Assembly: GCA_964369855.1 (NCBI GenBank)
Contig: CAYJGO010000001.1
Span: forward strand, 1 to 49,486
Length of the DNA: 49,486 bases
Origin: an uncultured Treponemataceae bacterium
GTDB taxonomy: Bacteria; Spirochaetota; Spirochaetia; Treponematales; Treponemataceae
Reading direction: 5' to 3'
This document shows, in pieces, positions 7,334 to 17,298 of the stretch. The position numbers and the translations under genes were made by a program. The notes beneath the pieces were generated by a model. The model saw nothing but the letters and a program-made list of their open reading frames with translations. It had not been told where the DNA came from and did no database searches. Position 1 is the stretch's first letter. Each line of letters opens with the position of its first letter.

Positions 7334-8959
7334 ATGCAACATAAACAAGATTTTTATTCTGAAGATAGTATGAGTGGTCTCACGGATCAAGAAAAAATAC
7401 AATTACCTTTTTACGTAAAAATGACATTCGCTGTTATTGGTATATTTAGCTTTATTATTGCTATATTAGCATTTCTTGGACAGATTGAAAGTGCTGTATT
7501 TTTAATTTTTGGAATTACATTCATTTTTTTATCATTTGTGTTTTTTAAAAAAGGAAATATAAAAAAAGGTACGTCGATGGCCACGATTGGGATTTTAGTG
7601 GCACAAAGTGTTGTAACGTTTTTTTTACAATTTGGTTCAAACCCATACGGGTTATATAGAATTTTAGCGTTTGCCCTTTTTCTGTATATAGCTAAATACT
7701 TTTTATCGTCATCAACTAAAGAAATTTTTGCATATGCTTTTGTTTCTTTTATGATGTTTTTAGGGAAAGCCTTTTTATCATATGGTGATATTTTGCAAGA
7801 AGATTTGTCTGTCTACTATGCTTGCATTGTGATAGGAATTGTGTGTTATGTTTTTACAACCATGTTGTTTTTAGGGCTGTTTCAGATGTTAAAAGATTTG
7901 AGTGCTTTTGCAGAAAAGGGGAAAGACTCTGCCCAGTCGGCTTTGGTTCAAATTACGGGTGTTTTGAGTGAAAGTAAGCAAGGGCTTGAAGTAGGAAATA
8001 TTTTATCACAAGAAGCAGAAGGAGCAACTAATGATGCCCAGAGAGTTGTTGGAGCGTTTGGAACATTGAAGAACTCTTGCTCAGAGTTGAACGCTTCAGT
8101 AGAAGAAGTCTTGAGTCTTTTTATTGAAGTAGAAAAAGGTTCAACTGTAATGCTTGAAGGAACTAGAACACAAGCAGAGTCAATTTCTGAGAGTTCTGCC
8201 GCTTTAACAGAAATTTCAACAAATCTATCTAGTATTAATGAAATTGCTTCTCAACGAAGCCAAAATATGAATGAGTTGTTAAATTCATTAAAGAGTCAAA
8301 AATCTCTTATACAAGAAGCGTTGTTTGAAGTACAAAAAGTAAAAGAATCTTCTTCAAGTATTTCAAGTTTTATACATACGGTAGAAGATATTTCAAATCA
8401 AACAGGGTTGTTGGCTATGAATGCTTCAATAGAAGCGGCACATGCGGGGCAAGCTGGTAAAGGGTTTGCAGTTATTGCTCAAGAAATTAGAAAGTTATCA
8501 GAAGAGACCTCTAAAAATGCTGCATATATAGGTGATGTTTTAAGTGCAAATGAACAAACTGTAGAAACAGCAGCAAATGCTGTAATCTCTTTTGCTTCGC
8601 AGGCTGATAAAAGCACAGAAGAGCTACAAGGAACAATCGAAGCCCTTGATGGAATACTACTTGGAATATCCGAAATGGATATTGGAACACGCTCTGTAAT
8701 GAATTCTCTTCAAGGGATTGTTGAAACATCAAAAACAACAAATAATGTTGTTGATGGAGTTTCTGAAAAAATAATTAAGCAAAGAGAGTTGCTAGATATA
8801 ATTTCTGTTTTTTCACATACAGTAGATAAAGAGGTAAATACTGCACGTGAACAAATAACAAAAATACAAGAAGCCTTGCAAACGATTAAGGAAACATCAG
8901 GAAAGAATGTTGAGGTATCACAGTCTGTGAATGATGCATTAAAAAATATAAATATATAA
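7334..8959 (+). CDS. Methyl-accepting chemotaxis protein with a multi-pass membrane N-terminus and no obvious periplasmic sensor domain
   Basis: Conserved MCP hairpin-tip sequence [34 protein letters not shown]. About six hydrophobic helices in residues 20-190. SD AAGGAG at 7322-7327. Confidence 0.9.
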   Translation: MQHKQDFYSEDSMSGLTDQEKIQLPFYVKMTFAVIGIFSFIIAILAFLGQIESAVFLIFGITFIFLSFVFFKKGNIKKGTSMATIGILVAQSVVTFFLQFGSNPYGLYRILAFALFLYIAKYFLSSSTKEIFAYAFVSFMMFLGKAFLSYGDILQEDLSVYYACIVIGIVCYVFTTMLFLGLFQMLKDLSAFAEKGKDSAQSALVQITGVLSESKQGLEVGNILSQEAEGATNDAQRVVGAFGTLKNSCSELNASVEEVLSLFIEVEKGSTVMLEGTRTQAESISESSAALTEISTNLSSINEIASQRSQNMNELLNSLKSQKSLIQEALFEVQKVKESSSSISSFIHTVEDISNQTGLLAMNASIEAAHAGQAGKGFAVIAQEIRKLSEETSKNAAYIGDVLSANEQTVETAANAVISFASQADKSTEELQGTIEALDGILLGISEMDIGTRSVMNSLQGIVETSKTTNNVVDGVSEKIIKQRELLDIISVFSHTVDKEVNTAREQITKIQEALQTIKETSGKNVEVSQSVNDALKNINI

Positions 8960-8996
8960 AAAAAACGACTTGTTTATAAAACAAGTCGTTTTTTTA
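8957..8996. terminator. Bidirectional rho-independent terminator shared by the mcp gene (+) and the FMN-dehydrogenase-like gene (-)
   Basis: Perfect 11-bp stem ACGACTTGTTT (8965-8975) / AAACAAGTCGT (8979-8989) with 3-nt loop ATA. It is flanked by an A-run (8957-8964) and a T-run (8990-8995), so it reads as a hairpin plus U-tract on both strands. Confidence 0.85.
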
Positions 8997-9872
8997 TAAA
9001 AAAGAATTTGAAACAAGGTCATGTACAGCCTTCTCTCCACCTGCACAAAGTGCAGTAACAAAAGGTCGCCCAATAAGAACTTCACTTACTCCATATGAAG
9101 AGGCAATTTCAATATCCTGCTTGTTTCTAAGTCCGCCATCAACCCAGAGCTCTCCGCAGTATTTTGCCAATTCTTGACCATAAGAGGATAAAAAATCTGC
9201 TGTGCTTCCAGTTCTGTTATCGACACGGCCTCCATGATTAGAAATAACTACAACATCAGGTTTTACTTCTTGCACCAGGCTTATTTCATCTTTGTTAAAG
9301 ATTCCCTTAATAATAAAGGGTGTTTTTACATGCTTTTTTACTTCAATCAATTGCTGGGCTGTTTTTTGCTCTAAGTTTACCAAGTTTCTCATTGTGATGA
9401 TATTATATGAATCGATATCAATTCCTATAGACTCGTTAACTTCTTTTGCCCATTCGATGCGCTCATAGATTTTATTATTTGTGTATGGCTTAATAAAAAC
9501 AGCAGCTTTTGTCGAAGGAAAGGAAAGTTGTATTTTTTTTATAGCTTCTATACCTGAAAGTAATTTAAGATCTGGATATCCATCACCTAAACTTAGCGAC
9601 ACTCCAGCTGCATGAACTGCTTTTAATAAGTCATAGTAAAAGGATACCTCATCTTCATATCCAATATTTTCAACAGCACCTGTCATAGGGCCTAGGCGAA
9701 TTTTGGCAATGCCAGAGTGAGATATAGTACCTCGTGAGATTTTCTTCCAGTCTTGATAATTTAGTTTAAAGTTTGCATTATTTGAAATTCCACCCATTCC
9801 AGGCAGCTCTCCAATACAACCGTTGCCATCGCAAATATTGCAAAAATGACATTTTGAGCTATGTTCATTCAT
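8994..9872 (-). CDS. FMN-dependent alpha-hydroxy-acid dehydrogenase/oxidase-family TIM-barrel protein with an N-terminal Cys cluster
   Basis: VVISNHGGRVDN and DGGLRNKQDI..GRPF resemble the FMN-dependent dehydrogenase family. N-terminal CHFCNICDGNGC (CxxCxxCxxxxC). Confidence 0.65.
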   Translation of the reverse strand: MNEHSSKCHFCNICDGNGCIGELPGMGGISNNANFKLNYQDWKKISRGTISHSGIAKIRLGPMTGAVENIGYEDEVSFYYDLLKAVHAAGVSLSLGDGYPDLKLLSGIEAIKKIQLSFPSTKAAVFIKPYTNNKIYERIEWAKEVNESIGIDIDSYNIITMRNLVNLEQKTAQQLIEVKKHVKTPFIIKGIFNKDEISLVQEVKPDVVVISNHGGRVDNRTGSTADFLSSYGQELAKYCGELWVDGGLRNKQDIEIASSYGVSEVLIGRPFVTALCAGGEKAVHDLVSNSFL

Positions 9873-9911
9873 CTTATAAATTTCGGCAAAAAAGAAGCTA
9901 TTGTTAACCTT

Positions 9912-11003
9912 TTAATTATTATTTCCAAAACAAGTTCCAGCAGCAATTCCTGATAAAAGAACGCTGTCATCTAGTGGAACCTTCTTTGTTTTTCCTGCAA
10001 CTTTATCAAGTGTAACACTTTGAACAGAGTTATTTTTCATACAAACCATTTTTCCGAAATCACCTCTTGCAAGCATATGTGCCGCTTGCACTCCAAATTG
10101 AGTAGCAAGTACTCTATCAAATGGTGTTGGTGTCCCTCCCCTTTGGATATACCCAAGTACCGTCACCCGAGATTCTAGGCTTGTTGCTGTTTCCAGCTCT
10201 TTTGCAATTCTGTAACCTATCGACTGGGGCATATTTTTTCGATTTATTTTAAATTCTTTTTTATCCATCAAGGCTTCTTTTTCACTTCTTGCACCTTCTG
10301 CAACAACAACTATTGAAAAATTTTTTCCTTGTTCTTTTCTTTTTTTTAAGTGCTTTGCTATTGTTTCAATATTGTACGGTATTTCAGGAATAAGTATGAC
10401 ATCTCCTCCTCCTGCAACGCCCGCATATAAAGCTAGCCATCCTGCTTTATGCCCCATTAGTTCTATTATCATGATTCTATTATGGCTGTGTGCTGTTGAG
10501 TGTAATCTATCAATTGCTTGTGTTGCAACATCTAGAGCTGTATGAAAGCCAAAAGTTATGTCTGTTTGCGCAAGGTCATTATCTATGGTTTTTGGTAGAG
10601 CAATAATATTTAGGCCTTCTTCACTTAATAACTTTCCTGTTGTATTTGTGCCATTGCCACCAAGTAAAACTAAGGCATCAAGCCCCAAAGCACTATAATT
10701 TTTTTTGATGCTTTCAACAGCTGTGAGTCCAGTAATAGGGTTTTTTTCAATAATTTTGAAGGGCTTTTCTCGGGAGGTTCCTAAAACAGTTCCCCCTATT
10801 GTTAGTATACCAGAAAAATCTGTTGATTTTAATTCATGGGCTTTTCCATCTATCAAACCTTTAAATCCGTCTTCAATTCCTATAACACGCATTCCATATT
10901 CATCGATAGCCGTTCTTGCGACACCTCTAATTGCAGCATTTAGGCCTGGTGCATCACCACCAGAAGTTAAAATTCCAAAGGTTTTTACTACAGATTTTTT
11001 CAT
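9912..11003 (-). CDS. pfk: 6-phosphofructokinase, phosphoryl donor uncertain
   Basis: TSGGDAPGLNAAIRG, LPKTIDNDL, MGHKAGWLAL and LGYIQRGG are PFK-A family motifs. 363 aa. Confidence 0.9.
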   Translation of the reverse strand: MKKSVVKTFGILTSGGDAPGLNAAIRGVARTAIDEYGMRVIGIEDGFKGLIDGKAHELKSTDFSGILTIGGTVLGTSREKPFKIIEKNPITGLTAVESIKKNYSALGLDALVLLGGNGTNTTGKLLSEEGLNIIALPKTIDNDLAQTDITFGFHTALDVATQAIDRLHSTAHSHNRIMIIELMGHKAGWLALYAGVAGGGDVILIPEIPYNIETIAKHLKKRKEQGKNFSIVVVAEGARSEKEALMDKKEFKINRKNMPQSIGYRIAKELETATSLESRVTVLGYIQRGGTPTPFDRVLATQFGVQAAHMLARGDFGKMVCMKNNSVQSVTLDKVAGKTKKVPLDDSVLLSGIAAGTCFGNNN

Positions 11004-11071
11004 TGAACCCTTTCCAGATATGTTTTGGTAGAGATATGCTCAAAAAATAGCATAAACTGTCTTATTTTTAT

Positions 11072-11080
11072 AGTATATCA
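11072..11080 (-). promoter_or_regulatory. Extended -10 promoter element TGATATACT for pfk, with a leader of about 60 nt
   Basis: The minus strand reads TGATATACT. The pfk ATG at 11003 is preceded by GAAAGGG as a weak SD. Confidence 0.4.
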
Positions 11081-11110
11081 TCTTTACCTCTTCCACGCAA
11101 GTCAATTTTA

Positions 11111-11119
11111 TGGTATTAT
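11111..11119 (+). promoter_or_regulatory. Extended -10 element TGGTATTAT, 9 nt upstream of ATG 11129
   Basis: TGGTATTAT, then CTTTTTAGT, then ATG. There is no SD, so any leader would be 3 nt or shorter. Confidence 0.4.
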
Positions 11120-11128
11120 CTTTTTAGT

Positions 11129-13300
11129 ATGAAAAAAGCAAAGCACATATATGTATTTATTAGTTTTATGTCCGTGTTGTTCTCTTTATATGGGCAACGC
11201 ATAACGCCACAAGCGCCACAATCAAATCCGCATACAGAAATACTGATTGGGAATGAAGATGGCTTGTTTCGGGCAGGGTCATATAATCCTGTTTCTATTT
11301 GGTCTGAAGGTTCTGTAGAAAAAATTATTTATGCAGATGGCTGGTATTTATTAACTACGAAAGGCGTAATATTTAGCAAGGATTTAAAACAATTCGAGCA
11401 GAGAAATGGAGGCTTGCCTTTCAGTACTGTGAAAGAGTATGATGATGGCAAAATAAGTTTTGTTCAACAAGTTCATCCTTTAAAAGACTTAGAAGTTTTG
11501 CCAGGCGACAGTAGAACTCTCGTTACAACAACAAAAAGTGAAACTTTTATTACACGTAATGGTGGGTTGACCTGGGACTCATTAGGCTTTAGTGCTCGAA
11601 CGGTGGGAGCGAAGGCCGTTTCAGTTGCAATGCTTCCTGTACAACAGCAAGGAACTCTGCGAGATGTATTGACAGTATTTTTATCACATACAATATATGG
11701 TGTTGCATATATATATCCAGATAGCTCAAACCCCCAGTGGGTTGATATTCCGACGGGTTTTGATAAAGTTCCCACACTAGATAACCCAGATGAAGTTGCT
11801 GATATATTAGCTGTTAAAGAAACGCAAGCAGATGGCAGTCAAAAAACCGAAGTGTATTTTACACAGAGTTTTTTACCACGTTTATATAAGCTTGACTGGC
11901 AAAACAAAAAGGTTGAGCTTATTGCCTCAACAAGTGAGCCGGTGGATACATGGGACAGCTTAGTTTCAGTTGGCTCAGATTTAGCTTTCGTCAGTATGGA
12001 TGGACTTCGGTTTTTTTCCAAAGAAAGTAATGCGTTGGCAGAACGTTCTTTTACTGAAAGAAAGATACAGGATCAACTAAAAAAGGTTAAAAAAACAGCG
12101 CATTGTGCATGGATTCCACCGTCTGTTTCAGGATTAAACACTGCCTTTGGGCTAAATGAGCTTTGGATGACTCAAACAGACACCTTAGAAAGTGATTACA
12201 CAAAGGAAGTAAGCGATAAGAGAAGTATTTATGTTCCTTCTGGACAAGTACGAACTGAAAGTGGAATAAATGAATTTCTTTCAATACTAAAAGAAAATGA
12301 TTTGAATAGTATTGTTATTGATATGAAAGATGATAAAGGTGTATTGCGATATGAATCTAAAGATCCGTTTGTTATGGAGAAAGCTCACATAAGTCAATAT
12401 GCACTTGATGTTGAAAGCTTTGTAAAGACATTTAAGGAAAATGATATTTATCTCATTGCACGCTTGGTTGTATTTAAAGATCCAAACTTGTATAAATACA
12501 ACAACAGAGAGTATGCTGTTTGGGATAGGACAACAAATTATTCTTGGCTGGGTATTAGGAGCTATGAAGAAGATGGTACAACATCATATTATGATGAACA
12601 TTGGGTGGATCCTTATTCACATGAGGTATGGGAATATAATATAGCAATTGCAAAAGAGCTTGTTGCCCTCGGATTTGATGAAATACAGTTTGACTATATT
12701 CGGTTTCCAACAGATGGTAAAAACTTAAATAATGCCTCTTATAGATGGCAAGATCAAGGAATGGATAAAGAAAGTGCACTTGTTTCTTTTTTATCGTATG
12801 CACGAAAAAATCTTGATGTGCCAATTGGTGTAGATATTTATGGTGTAAATGGATGGTATAGAAGTGGGTCGAGAACAGGACAAGATGTAGAGCTTCTCGC
12901 TCCATACGTTGATGTTATCTGCCCTATGTTCTACCCAAGTCATTTTGAACAAATTTTTTTAGCGTACACTCCTGTTGTAGAAAGACCTTACAGAATATAT
13001 TTTTATGGAACTTATAGAAACACGGTCATTGCCCGCAACCAAGCTTTGATTAGGCCTTGGCTACAGTCATTTTTCTTAAACGTGTCATATGATCAAACTC
13101 ATTATGGGGATGACTATGTACAGCGACAAGTTTTTGGGGTTCGGGATGCAACAGATACTGGGTATATGTATTGGAATAATGTTGGCCGCTACGATGAAGT
13201 TCGCCCTGATGTTGGTGGTATAAAAGAGAATACGCCTTATCCATGGGAAAAAGCGGCTAGAGATGTTACTACAAAAAAACCTGCTTTTTCTGGGCAATAA
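11129..13300 (+). CDS. Secreted putative glycoside hydrolase (DUF4015/GHL-type TIM barrel) with a ~370-aa N-terminal domain
   Basis: Signal peptide MKKAKHIYVFISFMSVLFSLYG. The C-terminal half has IVIDMKDDKGVLRY...FDEIQFDYIRFP, which I recall as the 'putative glycoside hydrolase' family. Family assignment is from memory only. Confidence 0.5.
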   Translation: MKKAKHIYVFISFMSVLFSLYGQRITPQAPQSNPHTEILIGNEDGLFRAGSYNPVSIWSEGSVEKIIYADGWYLLTTKGVIFSKDLKQFEQRNGGLPFSTVKEYDDGKISFVQQVHPLKDLEVLPGDSRTLVTTTKSETFITRNGGLTWDSLGFSARTVGAKAVSVAMLPVQQQGTLRDVLTVFLSHTIYGVAYIYPDSSNPQWVDIPTGFDKVPTLDNPDEVADILAVKETQADGSQKTEVYFTQSFLPRLYKLDWQNKKVELIASTSEPVDTWDSLVSVGSDLAFVSMDGLRFFSKESNALAERSFTERKIQDQLKKVKKTAHCAWIPPSVSGLNTAFGLNELWMTQTDTLESDYTKEVSDKRSIYVPSGQVRTESGINEFLSILKENDLNSIVIDMKDDKGVLRYESKDPFVMEKAHISQYALDVESFVKTFKENDIYLIARLVVFKDPNLYKYNNREYAVWDRTTNYSWLGIRSYEEDGTTSYYDEHWVDPYSHEVWEYNIAIAKELVALGFDEIQFDYIRFPTDGKNLNNASYRWQDQGMDKESALVSFLSYARKNLDVPIGVDIYGVNGWYRSGSRTGQDVELLAPYVDVICPMFYPSHFEQIFLAYTPVVERPYRIYFYGTYRNTVIARNQALIRPWLQSFFLNVSYDQTHYGDDYVQRQVFGVRDATDTGYMYWNNVGRYDEVRPDVGGIKENTPYPWEKAARDVTTKKPAFSGQ

Positions 13301-13316
13301 ATAATAGGAGGGTTAA

Positions 13317-14237
13317 GTGATCCCAATTTTTGATTCTTCGGTATATGACTGGGGCATACAAGTTATTTCTTCAGTACAGGCAGTGAAAAATTCTGCTTTA
13401 ACCCTTATTATGCTGTTTATAAGTTTTTTATCAGATCCTTTAGCATATTTATGCGCGCTCCCGATTATTTTTTGGTGCGTAGATACCAAAAAAGGCTTCT
13501 CGGTTGCTATAATTGTGCTGTTTTCTGCTTCAATAAATACAAGTTTAAAAGATTTATTGCAAGTACCAAGACCCTATGAGGTAAAGCCAGCTATAGGGTT
13601 AGATACAGTAGATGGCTTTTCAACACCGTCAGGCCATTCTCAAAACTCAGCAACTTTTTGGCCATATGTTACTTCATTGTTTGTAAATAAACAAAAGGCA
13701 ATAAAGGTCCTTTTATCATTTCTTCCACCTTTTTTAATAGGCTTTTCACGCATTTATTTAGGGGTGCACTACCCTACAGATGTATTATTAGGATGGGCTT
13801 TAGGGTTAGTCATTTTTTGTGGGGCAGTATTATTTTTACCCAAAATTAGTTTCTGTTTAGGACGTTTACCAAAGTCAATAAAAATACTCATAGCGGGTTT
13901 GTTTGGCATTTTACTCACAAAAATAAACCCTTTGGACACCTCTATGCCGGCTGCATTTTTTGGTTTGGGAATAGGCTATGTGTATTTATGTGAAAGTGGG
14001 GGCTATGATGCAAAAAATGGAACAGTCAAAGAAAAAGTTTTGCGTATTATACTAGGGCTTTTTGTTCTTGGGTTACTGTATGTTGGATTAAAAGTTGTTT
14101 TCCCTGGTGAAGGAGATCAAAATTACCAACTTTTTCGATTTATCCGATATGGAGCATTAGGGTTTTTTGGAAGTTTTATACTGCCAAAGATTTTTATATC
14201 GATGAAAATTGCATCAAAAATAAAAGCCGATGAATAA
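13317..14237 (+). CDS. PAP2-family membrane phosphatase
   Basis: The three PAP2 motifs are present: KDLLQVPRP (Kx6RP), PSGHS, SRIYLGVHYPTDV. GTG start with SD AGGAGGG at 13306-13312. Confidence 0.8.
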   Translation: MIPIFDSSVYDWGIQVISSVQAVKNSALTLIMLFISFLSDPLAYLCALPIIFWCVDTKKGFSVAIIVLFSASINTSLKDLLQVPRPYEVKPAIGLDTVDGFSTPSGHSQNSATFWPYVTSLFVNKQKAIKVLLSFLPPFLIGFSRIYLGVHYPTDVLLGWALGLVIFCGAVLFLPKISFCLGRLPKSIKILIAGLFGILLTKINPLDTSMPAAFFGLGIGYVYLCESGGYDAKNGTVKEKVLRIILGLFVLGLLYVGLKVVFPGEGDQNYQLFRFIRYGALGFFGSFILPKIFISMKIASKIKADE

Positions 14238-15618
14238 TTATACACCTGATGAACCAATAGTAGCAATTGCAACGGCCCTTGCCCCTTCAGCGCTTGGTGT
14301 AATTAGACTTTCCGGAAAAAACTCAATTGAGCTGCTTTCGAAAGTGTTTTCTCGCGAAAAAATTTTGCAAGAGGCTCAAGGAAACACTCTTGTGTATGGG
14401 TGGATAATAAATAAAAATGAGAGCTCTGCATTACAAAAAATAGATGAAGTTATGGTAGGTGTATATAGAGCTCCAAAGAGCTTTACAGGAGAAGAGATGG
14501 CAGAAATATTCTGTCATGGAGGAACAACCAGTGTTTTGGCAATTTATACCTTGCTTCAGGCTTCAGGCTTTAGGGTTGCAGAACCAGGGGAGTTTACATT
14601 TAGGGCTTTTATACACTCTAAGATTGATTTAACGCAAGCTGAGGCAGTTAATGAGATAATATCGGCAAAAACAGATGAAGGAAGAAGCCGTGCTGTAGGA
14701 AGGCTTGCAGGAGCGTTATATGCAGAGATTGAAAATATTAAAAAGCTTGTCATTGAAACTCTTGCGGATATAGAAGCAGAAGTTGAATATCCAGAAGATG
14801 AGAACGCAATTGCAAATGCCTTTAATTCTAATAAATTAGAAGAGGCATATGAAAAACTTATGACTATAGCAAATTCTTGGGCTAGTGAAAAAATGTATCA
14901 GGATGGCGTTAGAGTTGTGTTAGCTGGAAAAACAAATGCAGGAAAGTCAAGCTTGTTTAATGCTCTATTAAAGGAAGATAGAGCCATCGTTTCTGATATT
15001 CATGGAACAACAAGAGATTGGATTGAAAGTTGGCTTTCTTTAAACGGCATACCAGCACGACTTTTTGATACTGCAGGTATTAGGGAAACAGACGATGTTA
15101 TTGAAAAAGCAGGTCTTGAAAGATCGTATGAGTTGGTACGGGATGCTGATGTAGTGTTATATCTTGTGGATGTTACTAGAGGGCTGCAAGATGAAGAAAA
15201 AGAAACCATAAAAAAATATAAAACACCAGTTGTTCTTGTGTGGAACAAATGTGATGTGCTTGAAAAAAACGGACAAGAAATAGATATAAATGAACTCTGC
15301 AATTTTCAAGTACGAATAAGTTCTAAAAATGGATTAGGAATTGATAATCTAATTACAAAAACAGCTGAGATAATAAAAGGAAAAAAAAGTACAGAAAGAA
15401 TTCAAGCAGGGCTAGGAACACAAAGACAAAAAAAAGCAGTAGATGATGCACTAGAGGCATTAGAACATGCCTTAGAAGCTACAAAAAAGGAAATGCCTCT
15501 TGATGCCATAGGGCAAGATTTAGATGAGGCATTACAGTATTTAGGAGAAATAACTGGTGTTGTTAGTGCTGATGATATTTTAGAAAGTATTTTCTCTCGT
15601 TTTTGTGTTGGAAAATAA
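14230..15618 (+). CDS. mnmE: tRNA modification GTPase MnmE
   Basis: GKTNAGKSSLFNAL (G1), DTAGIRET (G3), NKCD (G4) and the C-terminal FCVGK tetrapeptide. Overlaps the PAP2 gene by 8 nt. Confidence 0.95.
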   Translation: MNNYTPDEPIVAIATALAPSALGVIRLSGKNSIELLSKVFSREKILQEAQGNTLVYGWIINKNESSALQKIDEVMVGVYRAPKSFTGEEMAEIFCHGGTTSVLAIYTLLQASGFRVAEPGEFTFRAFIHSKIDLTQAEAVNEIISAKTDEGRSRAVGRLAGALYAEIENIKKLVIETLADIEAEVEYPEDENAIANAFNSNKLEEAYEKLMTIANSWASEKMYQDGVRVVLAGKTNAGKSSLFNALLKEDRAIVSDIHGTTRDWIESWLSLNGIPARLFDTAGIRETDDVIEKAGLERSYELVRDADVVLYLVDVTRGLQDEEKETIKKYKTPVVLVWNKCDVLEKNGQEIDINELCNFQVRISSKNGLGIDNLITKTAEIIKGKKSTERIQAGLGTQRQKKAVDDALEALEHALEATKKEMPLDAIGQDLDEALQYLGEITGVVSADDILESIFSRFCVGK

Positions 15619-15622
15619 AAAT

Positions 15623-15883
15623 CTAGCGTTTTTTAGATTTAAATATTGGGTCCATTTTTTCTTCAAGATTAAACTTTTTTGTAATATAAGCAACAAGTTT
15701 CTGGTAAACGATTATGGCCAAAACTATTGATAAAACAAAAATTACTGGTAAAATAAAAGCCAAATAATTAGGAAAAAGAACTGCTGCTAACATTGCGAAT
15801 AAAAAAATAAAAATCAGGGTTATAATTATATTAAATATTGTTCCAAGTGTTATAAATAAGATTGTATTTTGTTTTTTTGTCAT
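15623..15883 (-). CDS. Small two-helix membrane protein
   Basis: 86 aa with two long hydrophobic segments and a basic C-terminus. It starts 2 nt after the lspA stop, which suggests translational coupling. Confidence 0.5.
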   Translation of the reverse strand: MTKKQNTILFITLGTIFNIIITLIFIFLFAMLAAVLFPNYLAFILPVIFVLSIVLAIIVYQKLVAYITKKFNLEEKMDPIFKSKKR

Positions 15884-15885
15884 TT

Positions 15886-16467
15886 CTATTTTTCCTTATT
15901 AGTATTAGAATTTTTTTGCTCATCCCAAGATGCTTTGCCAAGGGAAACAAGCAGAAGTAAGCCGCTAATTACGACAGACATATCGGCAACGTTAAATACA
16001 GGCCAGCGAGTTAAGTATAATCCCAAAAAATCGATATTAAAAAAGTCAACATCTATAAAATCGACAACACCACCTGGTCTAAAAAACCTATCAATTAAAT
16101 TTCCAATTCCACCACCAACAATTCCCCAAAGGCACCATCCTTGAAGTTTTGTAAATTCTGAAGTCCTAAAATAGTAAATAATCACACCAATTAGAACAAG
16201 CAACGGAAACCACTTAAGTAATATTATACGAATCACAGGGGCAAAATCATGTCCGAAGCTAAAGGCTGCGCCAGTATTCCAAACATGCGTAATTCGCAGT
16301 AAGTCATTAAAAAAACTAGCATAAATTGTTCCAGGCTCAATTACATTGAAAACAATAGCTTTGGTGATTTGGTCTAAGATTATTATAGCGAGAGCTAAGA
16401 AAATTGGATAGAATTTTGATCGGTCTTTCTTTTTTTCTTGTAGCTCAACTGTTTCTGTTTTATTCAT
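15886..16467 (-). CDS. lspA: Lipoprotein signal peptidase (signal peptidase II)
   Basis: NTGAAFSF and FNVADMSVVI motifs, four hydrophobic helices, and SD GGAG 5 nt before the ATG. Confidence 0.9.
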   Translation of the reverse strand: MNKTETVELQEKKKDRSKFYPIFLALAIIILDQITKAIVFNVIEPGTIYASFFNDLLRITHVWNTGAAFSFGHDFAPVIRIILLKWFPLLVLIGVIIYYFRTSEFTKLQGWCLWGIVGGGIGNLIDRFFRPGGVVDFIDVDFFNIDFLGLYLTRWPVFNVADMSVVISGLLLLVSLGKASWDEQKNSNTNKEK

Positions 16468-16530
16468 TTTTTCTCCTGTATTAACATGGTTGTTAATGCT
16501 AGTTATTATACTGTTTATTATATAAAAAAA

Positions 16531-17298
16531 CTATAGGCCTGTTGGTATATTAATAAATGCAACCTCAATATTTCTTTCCTGTTGCAATTTTTCACCAAGT
16601 AATGTAACTCCAATAGTTTCAGTGTTGTAATGACCGGCTGCTATTACATTTATATGATTTTCTAAGGCTGTATGGTAAGATTCATGTGATATCTCACCTG
16701 TAATAAATAAATGTACGTTACTGCTTATGGCTTCTTCTAATAAATCACCTGCTCCACCGGAAACTATCGCCACAGTTTCAATCTCCTTAACGCCAAATGG
16801 TAAAACGCAATTTGGTGACTGGCCTTTTGGTAAAAGACGTTCTAATGTTTTCTCACAAGTTAGAGGCTTTTCAAATGTCCCACACACACCCAGGGACATT
16901 CCATTCCATAAACCAAACGGCTGCAGATTTTTTAAGTTAAGAACTTGAGCAAGTCCATAGTTGTTTCCGACTTCTGTGTTTGCATCAAGTGGTATATGGC
17001 ATGCATATAAAGCTATATCATTATCAATAAGGGTTTTTATTCTTTCATAATGAGTACCTGTTAGTTTTTGTTCATGACCCCAAAATAAACCGTGATGAAC
17101 TACTAAAACTTGAGCTCCCATCTCTATTGTTTGCTTTATAGTCTCTAGGCAAGCGTCTACAGCAAAAGCAACTTTTGTTATGGAGTCTTTGTGCGGGCTT
17201 TTATTTTGTACTTGGATACCATTTTGCGATGGATCATTATTGAAATTTTCTGGTGTTAAAAAGGAGTTAAAGTAATTATCAAGTTCATTTAGTGTCAT
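16531..17298 (-). CDS. Nif3-family dinuclear-metal-centre protein
   Basis: VVHHGLFWG and ACHIPLDAN, with a second His cluster near the C-terminus. I prefer ATG 17298 (MTLNELDNY...), which has SD GAGGA 9 nt upstream, over the ORF-track ATG 17313. Confidence 0.85.
   Translation of the reverse strand: MTLNELDNYFNSFLTPENFNNDPSQNGIQVQNKSPHKDSITKVAFAVDACLETIKQTIEMGAQVLVVHHGLFWGHEQKLTGTHYERIKTLIDNDIALYACHIPLDANTEVGNNYGLAQVLNLKNLQPFGLWNGMSLGVCGTFEKPLTCEKTLERLLPKGQSPNCVLPFGVKEIETVAIVSGGAGDLLEEAISSNVHLFITGEISHESYHTALENHINVIAAGHYNTETIGVTLLGEKLQQERNIEVAFINIPTGL

Noticed and set aside
15619-15640. AT-only hairpins at convergent gene junctions: AAATCTA/TAGATTT at 15619-15640 and ATAAAT/ATTTAT at 1329-1344.
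   Set aside because: The stems are 6-7 bp and contain almost no G:C pairs. They overlap coding ends. They are too weak to call as terminators.
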